Translations under genes and position numbers: made by a program
Shown: in pieces, positions 8,591 to 18,432 of the stretch
How positions within the stretch are numbered: position 1 is the first letter of the stretch
Layout: each line of letters opens with the position of its first letter
Assembly: GCA_016927185.1 (NCBI GenBank)
Contig: JAFGND010000025.1
Span: forward strand, 15,889 to 79,888
Origin: Candidatus Coatesbacteria bacterium
GTDB lineage: Bacteria; JAFGND01
Length of the DNA: 64,000 bases
Direction: 5' to 3'
Notes under the pieces: generated by a model
Database searches by the model: none
What the model was told of the DNA's origin: nothing
Seen by the model: the letters and a program-made list of their open reading frames with translations, nothing else

Positions 8591-9787
8591 TTAATCAATC
8601 TTCACCAACCTCTTGCATTCCTTCCCAGACTTAACAATATAAATCCCCTGTTTCCATTTACTTGTATCAATAGAGTGCTTGCCTTTGGCAAGGTTCATAA
8701 TAAGCTGACCAGTCAGGGAATAGATAGAAGCAGGGGAGGGGAGAGATAAGGACAAGTGGGTTGAGAATGGGTTGGGATAAGAATAAATCAAGAAAGAAGG
8801 TATTGCATTGGAACCATCAGCCCTATTAAAACCACTTTTATCTGTTGGATTATAGCAAACTGAATAAACATGATCAGTGTGTCCAGTAAACGTGTCTATG
8901 CATGTTCCGTTAGACAAGCGCCATAATTTAATATTATTATCATACCCTCCAGAGAGTCCATATCCATCATCCTTGCTGAAAATCACACTCAGAATTCCAT
9001 TTTCATGTCCATGCATTGTTCTCATACAAGAACCATCAGATAATCTCCAGTATTTGATGGATTTGTCCCTGTATCCGCTTCCTGATAAAGCATATCTGTT
9101 ATCATTACTTATATCAACTGAATATACTGCATCTTCATGCTCATTCATTGTTCTTATGCATGTCCCATCTGAAAATCTCCAGTATTTTAAGGTCCTGTCA
9201 TAACTACCAGAGAGAATGTAAGTACCATCTGAACTAATAGATACTGATGATACATAATTGGAATGTCCAGTTAAGGTTCTGATGCAAGTTCCATCTGACA
9301 ATTTCCAGAGTTTTATTGTATTGTCACAACTTCCTGATGCTGCATAATTACCATCTGGAAAGAATGCAACAGTATTCACCATACTTGCATGTCCTGTCAT
9401 TGTCCTTATGCAACTTCCTGTTGATAAATCCCAGTATTTAACAGTATTGTCCCAGCTTGCAGAAAGAGCTTTTGTTCCATCTGGACTGAATTTAACAGAA
9501 AAGACAGAGCTGGTGTGCCCCTTTAACCTGTTTAAAACGGTTTTTGTTTCCAACTCCCAGTATATTATTACACCTTCCATATCAGCTGAAAGAACATAAC
9601 AACCATCCGGACTTATATCAACACTGCATACTGGCAGGTAATGTTCTCTAAATGTAGCTGTATTAGTTGCTGTTGAAGTATCCCAGTACTTCAAGGTTTT
9701 ATCCCAGCTGCCTGAGATCGCGAATCTTTCTGCGTTTAGATTTGCTGCAATAAATATTAACAAGAACAAGAACAATAAATTTTTCAT
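8591..9787 (-). CDS. Secreted WD40 beta-propeller protein with T9SS-type C-terminal sorting domain
   Basis: Signal peptide. Seven or more 'SxSxDxTxKxW' WD40 blades ('SGSWDKTLKYWD', 'SASWDNTVKYWD', 'SGSCDNTIKLWK'…). C-terminal 'SYPNPFSTHLSLSLPSPASIYSLTGQLIMNLAKGKHSIDTSKWKQGIYIVKSGKECKRLVKID' matches the Por/T9SS CTD pattern (PNPF … GVYIVK). Confidence 0.75.
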   Translation of the reverse strand: MKNLLFLFLLIFIAANLNAERFAISGSWDKTLKYWDTSTATNTATFREHYLPVCSVDISPDGCYVLSADMEGVIIYWELETKTVLNRLKGHTSSVFSVKFSPDGTKALSASWDNTVKYWDLSTGSCIRTMTGHASMVNTVAFFPDGNYAASGSCDNTIKLWKLSDGTCIRTLTGHSNYVSSVSISSDGTYILSGSYDRTLKYWRFSDGTCIRTMNEHEDAVYSVDISNDNRYALSGSGYRDKSIKYWRLSDGSCMRTMHGHENGILSVIFSKDDGYGLSGGYDNNIKLWRLSNGTCIDTFTGHTDHVYSVCYNPTDKSGFNRADGSNAIPSFLIYSYPNPFSTHLSLSLPSPASIYSLTGQLIMNLAKGKHSIDTSKWKQGIYIVKSGKECKRLVKID

Positions 9788-10077
9788 AAAAATCTCCCCT
9801 TAAAAATTACTTGATTACTTTGAATTTAATCTTTCTAAGCCTTTGCATTAATTATTATTCACTAATTGTTTTTTTAGCATGGTTTATTAACAATATGAGT
9901 TGTTGCATTATGTTTAATTCAGAAATAGTATGTAAGATGCTATTTTATGTCAATAGAAAAATCCTTGAGGTTTAATCTAGCCCCTAGACATCATGAACTG
10001 AGTCTGTGAGGAAAATCATTTGTAACAGATCAAAACCAGGACTATAAAAATACTTTATAGATTCTCAAGGAAGCATC

Positions 10078-13000
10078 CTAAAATAAGAATCTCATTACAA
10101 GCTCACCATAATGCCTTGCTGGTATCTCAGGCTTCTTTCTTCCCTGGTAATGCAAAGTTGCGAGCATATTCTGACTGAGTCTGTAATCGATATTAAGCAA
10201 CCACAATTTGGTAAGTCCTCTTTCCTCATCAATAAACAGCTGGACAGGAATATCTTCTGTGTTGGATTTTCTCTCTATCAGGGAAACTTCTGAATGAAGG
10301 TTTGCACCCTTCATGAACCCGTAATCAAGACCAATTGTTGGAGTAAGTCCGGTCAGTATTATGTTCCTTTCGGTTTCCGTCTGCCTTTTTGCGCTGAATG
10401 AAACAAATGGTGTTAGATTCTTTCTTATATCATAAGCAGCTTTGGGAATTATCTCTGTTGTGATTATCCTGAAAAGATAATATTCTGGGATTTCCTCTGT
10501 CTCTCTCTGATAAAACCCTGTCAAATCCAGATGCCATGGAGTGTATTTATCAACCTTTATATATGGAGAGATAGACCATAAGCGATTATATTTAATATAA
10601 CCCAATTCATCGCCACTAAGGGATTTCTCTAACTTTACTGTTACTGCTGGCTGGAAGTCTGTTTTATCAGGAAAAAGAGTTCCTTTTGTCTCTAACATTT
10701 GCCTGCCATTCTTGCAGTTATCCTTCTGGAATTCAGTTATATCAAGAAGAGCGAGGGATGAAATACTTGGATCTGTCTCTTCCTCTGTTATTTCACTGAT
10801 TATGTCTAGTTTCCATAATCTGTCCTGAATGATATTATCTTTCTTGCTTGATGGTGGCATTATAGTAGTATTTGAAGAAAGTGATACACTGCCTCTTTTC
10901 TCTTTATCTCCAACATCAACGAAATATCTTCTATAATCACCATCTTCGTCTGGATAGAATTCACCAGTATTTTCATCCCTGCTATATTGTCCCATTCCTT
11001 CATCAGTCTGTTCGTATCTTGCCTCCCTCATTGTTGCCATTTTTGTGGAGAGTATATAAGATAAATCAATTTGCAGTGATTTTGAATCGGACAAATAAAA
11101 CAATCCAGCTTCAGCAAGATCAGTATAACCACTTTCCCCAGTATCCTTGAAATATTTCTGAACACTATGTACAAATCTCAATCTTGGCTTAAATGATAAT
11201 TCTTCTGCAGCTTCTCCCTGAAAACCTGCTTCCCAGCTTCTCTTGCCAAGCATGTAGCCTTCATCATAAGAAAGCTCACGTCTGTCTGCACTTGCAAAAG
11301 GATAAATAAGCCATTTCTTTTCCTTGCTGAACTCTATCCTGCCCGATGCTTCTTGTTGCCTGTAAGGAAGATTGAGAGTTGTACTGTCAGAGAACTCCTT
11401 TGCCCAGATTAGCGAACCATCAAGTTTCGGTGATATGAATCTATATCTGTATGATGTTTCAAGATCATAGTATTTCCTGTACAGTTCATCTTCCAGATAG
11501 AATTTATCCTGCATGTTTTTAATATACCCAGTTCTTGAGAATATAGTTAAATCCTTGAAAATATCTCCACCAATGTTTCCTTCAATCATTTTCCCATTCC
11601 AGGATGCACCTTCATTGTCTGAAAAGCCATGTCCCTTGAAGAAACCTGATTTCGCTCCAACTCTGTATTTCCTGAGAAATGGTACATTGGCATTCGAAAT
11701 ACCTGAAGTATAAGAACTTAAACTGTCTTCTGGAGTTAGCAGCCATGAAGACTGGAAATCGCTGGTTTCATTGTAAATAAACGGAGAGAATTCAGGTTGA
11801 CGCTTGTGGATTTCTGCTTCAAGGAACAATTGTTTCAAGTTCTCTTCGCCTATTACTATTTTTCCATCACCAGCACCCTTGATCTCTCGTTTGCTGGTTT
11901 CATCAAACAATATATTCTCGTTGAAGGAACTTATTGCAGTTTCAGCAATAAAGGAGAAAAACCTGGATGGATTCAAATCAACTCTAACTTCAGCCATTTC
12001 CCTTCTCTGAGGTGGAGCATATGGAATCATTGCAACATAATTGCCTCTTCCCTCACCTGTATATTCATATGCTGCAATGGAATGACTATATCTGTAATCT
12101 CCCTCTCCTTCGTCAACCTCAGTGAAAATGACTGACCAGTCACCCTTGTGGAAACCTGCATATCTGTAATAATAACTTCCATCAGTCCTGTTTATCCTGA
12201 AATAATCTCCCTTGTTTTCACCTTCATACTTTCCACCTGGAATATAAACCGGTTTCCCTTTTTCATAATTTTTCCTGAAAAAATCAAGATCCTCTTCAGT
12301 GAATTCCTCTCCGTATGTTGAATATGGGCTGTCTTTTTCGCTAATAATGGAGAAGCCCACATGATTCTTTCTTTCCTTATCTATTGGTATGTCAGCACTT
12401 GCGCCTGTCATTATTCTCCTGAATTTGCCAAGTACGTAACTATATTCTACGTAAATCCTTGTATCTGAGTGAATCGGAATCTGCGATGTAAATGTTACTG
12501 ATCCATTGTTATAGTCAATATAATAGTCTTTGCCAACTTCCTTCAGTATTCCATCCACATAGACCTTGATGCTTCCTGAAACAAGGAAAATCTTTTCCTC
12601 TCCGTATTTCCCTCTCAGCTCATAAGGTCCCTGTATTCCTTCATCACCCAGAAATTCAGTTCTCATGAATTCCCCGTTAGTAATTGCATAATTTACTTCT
12701 GCTGAAGCAGGTGTTGCTTTTTCATACTTTTTACCCTCTATACCCTGGAGTTTTCCGGAATAAGCAGTCAGGTGACCTTCATCCCTGTTGATTTCAAGAT
12801 CTTCTATTCTTGCAAGATAATCTCTGTATTTTATCTGGAAGAATATCTTGTCAACTTCTGCAAGTGATGCAGAGGAACCTTCCTCAGAATAGGGAAGCTC
12901 ATTATCCTGCAGATAACCGCTTATTTCAGTCTCATCACCCAGATATCCCTCTATTGCAGCATCAAGTGTCTGCATCATTTCAAGACTTCCTCCTTCAGAC

Positions 13001-13440
13001 AGCCTTACTCCAATAGTCTTGTTTCCCTTTATTGAAATTCTTGCTTCAACTCCTTCACTGTCAGTAGTATCTATTAGTTCGTATTTAATGGATTTAGTAG
13101 AATCCTCTTTCACTTTCTTGAAAAGGGAATATCTTTTCGGTATATCAATCGGCAAAAACTGAAATGTTATCTTAACTGAATCATCTGGTGATGGAGGTAT
13201 CATGAAATGAATGGTTCCCCTGATATAATCTATTGAATAGTCTATATCTTTTTCCAGTAATATATTATCAAGATATACCTGTTCAGTTCCTTTGAAGGCA
13301 ATGTTATCAGTGAATTTCATATTCTGCGTCTTGAAAATCTTGTAAACTGTTATATATGATATGTTTAGCGAATCAGAATAGTTTTCTTCAGCATTCGCTA
13401 AAGCAGCAAAAAATGTGATTATCAGGAAAATTTTTCTCAA
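10078..13440 (-). CDS. Large (1120 aa) secreted/outer-membrane protein, unknown function
   Basis: Cleavable signal peptide (…ALANA/EEN). Rich in aromatic residues. Ends '…VMRFLF' (C-terminal Phe typical of OM beta-barrels). Internal repeated motif 'DY.IDY..G.(I/V).F' occurs twice. Confidence 0.55.
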   Translation of the reverse strand: MRKIFLIITFFAALANAEENYSDSLNISYITVYKIFKTQNMKFTDNIAFKGTEQVYLDNILLEKDIDYSIDYIRGTIHFMIPPSPDDSVKITFQFLPIDIPKRYSLFKKVKEDSTKSIKYELIDTTDSEGVEARISIKGNKTIGVRLSEGGSLEMMQTLDAAIEGYLGDETEISGYLQDNELPYSEEGSSASLAEVDKIFFQIKYRDYLARIEDLEINRDEGHLTAYSGKLQGIEGKKYEKATPASAEVNYAITNGEFMRTEFLGDEGIQGPYELRGKYGEEKIFLVSGSIKVYVDGILKEVGKDYYIDYNNGSVTFTSQIPIHSDTRIYVEYSYVLGKFRRIMTGASADIPIDKERKNHVGFSIISEKDSPYSTYGEEFTEEDLDFFRKNYEKGKPVYIPGGKYEGENKGDYFRINRTDGSYYYRYAGFHKGDWSVIFTEVDEGEGDYRYSHSIAAYEYTGEGRGNYVAMIPYAPPQRREMAEVRVDLNPSRFFSFIAETAISSFNENILFDETSKREIKGAGDGKIVIGEENLKQLFLEAEIHKRQPEFSPFIYNETSDFQSSWLLTPEDSLSSYTSGISNANVPFLRKYRVGAKSGFFKGHGFSDNEGASWNGKMIEGNIGGDIFKDLTIFSRTGYIKNMQDKFYLEDELYRKYYDLETSYRYRFISPKLDGSLIWAKEFSDSTTLNLPYRQQEASGRIEFSKEKKWLIYPFASADRRELSYDEGYMLGKRSWEAGFQGEAAEELSFKPRLRFVHSVQKYFKDTGESGYTDLAEAGLFYLSDSKSLQIDLSYILSTKMATMREARYEQTDEGMGQYSRDENTGEFYPDEDGDYRRYFVDVGDKEKRGSVSLSSNTTIMPPSSKKDNIIQDRLWKLDIISEITEEETDPSISSLALLDITEFQKDNCKNGRQMLETKGTLFPDKTDFQPAVTVKLEKSLSGDELGYIKYNRLWSISPYIKVDKYTPWHLDLTGFYQRETEEIPEYYLFRIITTEIIPKAAYDIRKNLTPFVSFSAKRQTETERNIILTGLTPTIGLDYGFMKGANLHSEVSLIERKSNTEDIPVQLFIDEERGLTKLWLLNIDYRLSQNMLATLHYQGRKKPEIPARHYGELVMRFLF

Positions 13441-14438
13441 AAACGGATTTTCAATAGATACTCAGCAATTCTTACTGCATTAAGAGCAGCTCCAACTCTT
13501 AAATTGTCTCCACAACACAAGAACTGGAATGAATTGCTGTTAAAAGTCTGTCTCAGTCGCCCAACCTGAACCAAATCCTTGCAGGCAACATTCATTGGCA
13601 TAGGATAAATATTAGACTCTGGATCATCAGCTACTTCCAGATAAATGCTTTTCTTCCATTCACTTATAATATCGTTAATGGAAGCTGGTTTTGTTGTTTT
13701 CAGGCTTACAACTATACTGTGCCCTCTTGAAACAGGAACTCTTATGCATGTTGCAAAGATTTTTATTTCTTGAAGATCGAATATTTTTTTTGTTTCATTT
13801 TCTAACTTCCGTTCTTCATCCGAAAAACCTTGTTCATCGAATCTCCCTATGTGAGGTAAAATATTGTCAAATATCCTGTAGGGATAAACTTCATTTGTAA
13901 CTTCCTTGTTATCAACAAATTGCCTGCATTGATTTAAATACTCATTAAGAGCAGACATTCCTGTTCCTGAAACCGCCTGATAAGAAAAGATTTCCAGGCT
14001 TTCAACTCCCCACTTTATAATCGGTTGCAGAACAAGAACTAACTGGATTGTTGTGCAGTTGGGTGTAGCAATATGGGTTGCATTTCCAATGCTTTCCTCG
14101 TTAACACCTGGAACAACAAGAGGAACATTCTTTTCCATCCTGTAAGTACTGCTTTTGTCAATAGTTGTAATATTCGCTCTTATTATTTCTGGAAGGAAAG
14201 TCTTGCTGAGAAAAGGTTTTGCTGCAAAAAATACAAGATCTGTTTTTTTGAAGTCAAAATAATCAAGTTTTCTGACTGAAATCTCGCTTCCCTTGAACTT
14301 GAAATTCCTGCCTTCAGATTTTTCTGAAGCAAACAATGAGAGATTATTGACAGGAAATTTTCTTTCTTCAAGTATTTTGATTAGTTCCTGCCCAACAGCT
14401 CCTGTTGCTCCGACAATAGCAATATTCAAACAACTCAT
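13437..14438 (-). CDS. asd: Aspartate-semialdehyde dehydrogenase
   Basis: 'NIAIVGATGAVGQEL' Rossmann N-terminus. 'ATPNCTTIQL' active-site Cys. Length 333 aa. Confidence 0.85.
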   Translation of the reverse strand: MSCLNIAIVGATGAVGQELIKILEERKFPVNNLSLFASEKSEGRNFKFKGSEISVRKLDYFDFKKTDLVFFAAKPFLSKTFLPEIIRANITTIDKSSTYRMEKNVPLVVPGVNEESIGNATHIATPNCTTIQLVLVLQPIIKWGVESLEIFSYQAVSGTGMSALNEYLNQCRQFVDNKEVTNEVYPYRIFDNILPHIGRFDEQGFSDEERKLENETKKIFDLQEIKIFATCIRVPVSRGHSIVVSLKTTKPASINDIISEWKKSIYLEVADDPESNIYPMPMNVACKDLVQVGRLRQTFNSNSFQFLCCGDNLRVGAALNAVRIAEYLLKIRF

Positions 14439-14540
14439 TGCAAGCCAAAGATTAAGATTTTAATAGATTTGTCAAGCTCAATGCTTTTCTATTGAATATC
14501 CATTACTAATTCTGAATGATTTTCTTCAGTAAATATAACC

Positions 14541-14566
14541 AGAAGCAGCTTTAAAAAACTGCTTCT
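14541..14566 (-). terminator. Possible terminator hairpin downstream of the M14 peptidase gene
   Basis: 8-bp stem agaagcag/ctgcttct with a 10-nt loop, followed in minus orientation by a weak U-tract. Confidence 0.3.
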
Positions 14567-14577
14567 GATATTAATCA

Positions 14578-16338
14578 TCAATTAAGCTTTATAAGCTTGT
14601 CAGTATGCTCTCTGGAGCCTGTCCTAACTTTTATTATATATACTCCATTTTTGAAGGAACTGGTATCAGTCGTTATCAAGTGATTTCCTGCAGTATAAGA
14701 TCTTGATGCGTATGATTTTACAAGTCTTCCTGTAATATCATAAATAAGCACTTCAACATTATCTGTCTGTTTCAGATTGAAGTTAATCTTCAGTTTGTCA
14801 TTGAAAGGATTTGGAGATATCTTTACTCTCTCAGGTAAATGAAAATAGGATTTCTCTTTTGTTTCAAAACCAGTCTTGGTGAAATATAAGTCTATTACCT
14901 TGATTTCTCCTTCTGCAACAGTGAATGTCTGTGACTGAGGAGTGTCTCCAAGTAATATTGCTACAAGGGTATATGTTCCGGGAACAAGCAGATGTTTATA
15001 ACTTCCAAATGAATTAGAGAATACTGCTGAGGCTTTTTCGTTATCAAACAATTCAGCTATCTCTACAAGTACATTTGGTATTGGCTTGCCGTTCAGTTTA
15101 TTATATGTTTTTCCTGTTACCTGTGTCATATTAAGCCCAGCTTTCAGGAATTCCTTTGTTCCCTCGAAAGCATTCTCTATGGTTGGAAGAATATACTCAG
15201 CAGATGGGAAAAATCCACCTTCATCAGAGGAATTCAGTTCTATTGTATATGCATAGGTATGACCAGCTGCATATAACCAGTCATCGCTTCCGCCATAAGT
15301 AGGATATAGCTCATAACCTCTTTGTCCAGTATATCCCATTGTTGTGGCAGCTGCATTTCCAATTTTCCTGAATACTGCATCCTTCTTTGAAGCTTCGCTG
15401 TAACAACTCCAAGGCCACAGAACCAGCTCTCCATATGAATGAAAACTCAATGAAAGTAGTGGCTTTTTGGCAAGAGTGAAACTTCTTATTATCTGGATTT
15501 CAGGTTCACTAAACTGGGATGGACCTCTGTATGTTGGGCTGTTTGGATCAGTATCTCCTGATTCCCACATATATGCATAATTCCTGTTAAGATCAACTCC
15601 ATCTGCTCCATATCCTCCATAAGAATAATCCAGTACTCCGTTCGAATTGTTGTCCCTGAAATCCTTGCGCCACATTTGCTGCTCACTGTCAGTTGAATTG
15701 AAAACAAAATCATAACCATCTGGATTCACAATAGGAAGGAACCATAGCTCATAATTGTCTATCCATTCCTTGTAATCAAGTACGCTGCTGTAACCTTCCA
15801 CAAGTGTGTTCATAATATACATTACGGCTGAAACTGACATAGGTTCCCTTGCATGATGCAATCCCATTATCATGAAAATAGGCTCATCTTCATCAGTCGC
15901 AACATTGTCAGATACTTTTGCTACAAGCATATCAAAGCCTTTGTAATACGTCTGTTTGCCAGGATAACCATTCTTTTTTACCCAGGAATCTCCAGCATCA
16001 AAGTACTTGACTATACCTGGAAATCGCGTCTGGAGACTCATGATCTGTTCATAGACTTCTGAATAATCAAGATAATCAGGATCTATTCCTCCTATCATTT
16101 TCTTTAGTATAGTTCCGGAATAACCCAGTCTTTTGAGTTTCTCTATCTGCACAGGAGTAACAAGTAAATGAGCAGTCTTATTTGGAAGTATTGCTGCTAC
16201 ATCAAAGCCTGCTTTATAGAGTTTTGCTATTAGCTCAGGCGTAATTCCCCTTAATTCATATGTATATAGCGGAGCAGATGAGAAAAGCCCTGCATACATA
16301 ATTAAAATAAAGGTCAGTACAACAAAAAATATTTTCAT
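14578..16338 (-). CDS. M14-family zinc carboxypeptidase with T9SS C-terminal domain
   Basis: Signal peptide. 'GLHHAREPMS' (HxxE zinc motif of M14). C-terminal 'KISPNPFNDKLKINF…VEVLIYDITGRLV…NGVYIIKV' is a classic T9SS CTD. Confidence 0.8.
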   Translation of the reverse strand: MKIFFVVLTFILIMYAGLFSSAPLYTYELRGITPELIAKLYKAGFDVAAILPNKTAHLLVTPVQIEKLKRLGYSGTILKKMIGGIDPDYLDYSEVYEQIMSLQTRFPGIVKYFDAGDSWVKKNGYPGKQTYYKGFDMLVAKVSDNVATDEDEPIFMIMGLHHAREPMSVSAVMYIMNTLVEGYSSVLDYKEWIDNYELWFLPIVNPDGYDFVFNSTDSEQQMWRKDFRDNNSNGVLDYSYGGYGADGVDLNRNYAYMWESGDTDPNSPTYRGPSQFSEPEIQIIRSFTLAKKPLLSLSFHSYGELVLWPWSCYSEASKKDAVFRKIGNAAATTMGYTGQRGYELYPTYGGSDDWLYAAGHTYAYTIELNSSDEGGFFPSAEYILPTIENAFEGTKEFLKAGLNMTQVTGKTYNKLNGKPIPNVLVEIAELFDNEKASAVFSNSFGSYKHLLVPGTYTLVAILLGDTPQSQTFTVAEGEIKVIDLYFTKTGFETKEKSYFHLPERVKISPNPFNDKLKINFNLKQTDNVEVLIYDITGRLVKSYASRSYTAGNHLITTDTSSFKNGVYIIKVRTGSREHTDKLIKLN

Positions 16339-16359
16339 ACAACCTCCTTATAATATTAA

Positions 16360-16382
16360 CCAGCTTTGGAAATAAAAGCTGG
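16360..16382 (-). terminator. Possible intergenic hairpin/terminator between the tandem M14 genes
   Basis: 8-bp stem ccagcttt/aaagctgg with a 7-nt loop. Confidence 0.3.
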
Positions 16383-16396
16383 CTGAAGTTAGTTCA

Positions 16397-18163
16397 TTAA
16401 TTGATTTTCAATGCCTTCTTTATAAATATTTTATCCGCTACTCTGCATCTTAATATATAAACTCCATTACTCATGTTGCTGGAATTAAACCTGACTCCAT
16501 GATTACCAGAAGGATAAGAAGCCTTGACTAGTGTCTTGATAAGTCTTCCAGTCAGATCAAAGACCTCGACTAAAACATCAGATTTTTCACTGAGATTGAA
16601 GCTTATATTAAGCTCATTTCTGAAAGGGTTTGGAGCTAATTTTAAAGCTTCGGGAAGAATTTTTTGTGCAGTCTCGTTATTCTTGAAGCCGGCATAATCA
16701 AAATAAAAGTCTATTTCCTTTATTTCCTTGTCTGCAACAGTGAATGGTATTGTCTGTTTTGGATTAGCTCCATATTCTGCCTCAAGTGTATAATTTCCCG
16801 GAACCAATAAATAACGATATCTTCCGAATTCGTTTGTTTTCCTTGGAGTCCAGTGATTTGGATCATTAAGTTCCCTTATTGTGACTTTTACACCCTTGAT
16901 TGGATTTCCTGTTCCCCTAAGGAATGCTCTTCCAGTAACCTGTGTTGACAAACCATTTACAAAGAAAGCCCTCAAGCCTGACCATACTTTTTTCTGAGTG
17001 GGTTCTATCATTTCTGCTGGTGGAAAAAATCCGCCTTCATTATCTGTATTCATTTCTATTGTATAAGGATATGTACCAAGTTCAGCATATAACCAGTCAT
17101 CACTGGTTCCATAGCATGGATAAAGTTCCACTGCCTGTTCGGGAGTATAACCCATAGGAACTGCTGATTCTCTGCCGATCTTAGACAGAAGAGCTGCTTC
17201 CGTTGATGCAGAATAATAGCATCCCCATGGCCATAATACCAATCCTGAATAAGAATGCAAACTAACTGAAATAACTGGTTTCTTTGATAATGTCAAAGTT
17301 CTTATAACCTGAACCTCAGGTTCACTGAATGGATAAGGTCCGCGATACGTAGCAGAATACTGTGAATTATCACCTCTGCTCCATTCAAAAGAATAGTTCC
17401 TGTTCAAATCAACTCCATCAAGTCCATTGGCGCTACTACCGAAGTCTGCTTTGTGATTATTATTGTTATCTCTCAGATTCTTTCTCTGATTTTTTTCCCT
17501 GTTGTCATGATAATTAAATGATACATTATGACCATCTGGGTTTAACAATGGTACAAACCATATCTCATAAGAATCTACCCAGTTCTTGTATTCCGAGTTT
17601 GTTGCATATTGCTCTATGAGCTGCTGCATTGCATAAACCGAAACCTCAACTGTCATTGCCTCTCTTGCATGATGCAATGCCATGATAAGTAAAACAGGCT
17701 CATCTTCATCGGAATTTACATTATCAGATACCTTGAGTCCCATAATATCATAATCCTGATAATACCATTGATTATATTGCTTGTAATTGTTTGTCTTTAC
17801 CCATGGGTCACCCAGATCATAAAGCTTTGCAATGCCTGGATAATTTGAAGCAAGTCTCTGCATTTCCGTAAGAAGTTCATTATAATCAGTATATGCAGGA
17901 TCAAGCCCCTTGATATTGCTGTTTATCTCTCTCTTTATTACGCCAGAATAGCCAAGCGTTTTCAATTTTTCTATTTCATTCGCAGTAGCGAAAATGTGGG
18001 TGAATTTTCTAGGCATAACAGCTGCAACATCAAAACCTCTTGAAATTAGATCACCATTTTGTGAGCTCGTAAGGCCTTGAATTTCATATACATAAATGGG
18101 TTCGTCTGAGGATGCATAAGAGATAAAAAAGATAATAATACAAAAAGCAATTAATGTTTTCAT
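16397..18163 (-). CDS. M14-family zinc carboxypeptidase with T9SS C-terminal domain (tandem paralog)
   Basis: 'ALHHAREAMT'. C-terminal 'LAPNPFRNELNISF…VLVEVFDLTGRLI…NGVYILRC'. Homologous along its length to 14578-16338. Confidence 0.8.
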   Translation of the reverse strand: MKTLIAFCIIIFFISYASSDEPIYVYEIQGLTSSQNGDLISRGFDVAAVMPRKFTHIFATANEIEKLKTLGYSGVIKREINSNIKGLDPAYTDYNELLTEMQRLASNYPGIAKLYDLGDPWVKTNNYKQYNQWYYQDYDIMGLKVSDNVNSDEDEPVLLIMALHHAREAMTVEVSVYAMQQLIEQYATNSEYKNWVDSYEIWFVPLLNPDGHNVSFNYHDNREKNQRKNLRDNNNNHKADFGSSANGLDGVDLNRNYSFEWSRGDNSQYSATYRGPYPFSEPEVQVIRTLTLSKKPVISVSLHSYSGLVLWPWGCYYSASTEAALLSKIGRESAVPMGYTPEQAVELYPCYGTSDDWLYAELGTYPYTIEMNTDNEGGFFPPAEMIEPTQKKVWSGLRAFFVNGLSTQVTGRAFLRGTGNPIKGVKVTIRELNDPNHWTPRKTNEFGRYRYLLVPGNYTLEAEYGANPKQTIPFTVADKEIKEIDFYFDYAGFKNNETAQKILPEALKLAPNPFRNELNISFNLSEKSDVLVEVFDLTGRLIKTLVKASYPSGNHGVRFNSSNMSNGVYILRCRVADKIFIKKALKIN

Positions 18164-18432
18164 AAATCCTCCCTCGAAATTTTTTACAAAAGTAATATAA
18201 TAATAAACAGCTTTTTTGTCAAGTCGATACTTATAAATAGTTATATTCGTAAGTATAAGTTTTTTAATAAGTTAGGGGAACAGGAATAATTAAATAATGC
18301 GACAGTTTTCTTGTTTTTCTAAATACTTAAATATCAATGATTTAAGGGAACAATATTTCGTGAAAAAAATGAATTATACTAAGTATTATAATTACCTGCT
18401 CCAGAGAATCATTTAAACAGATAAGCATCAAC

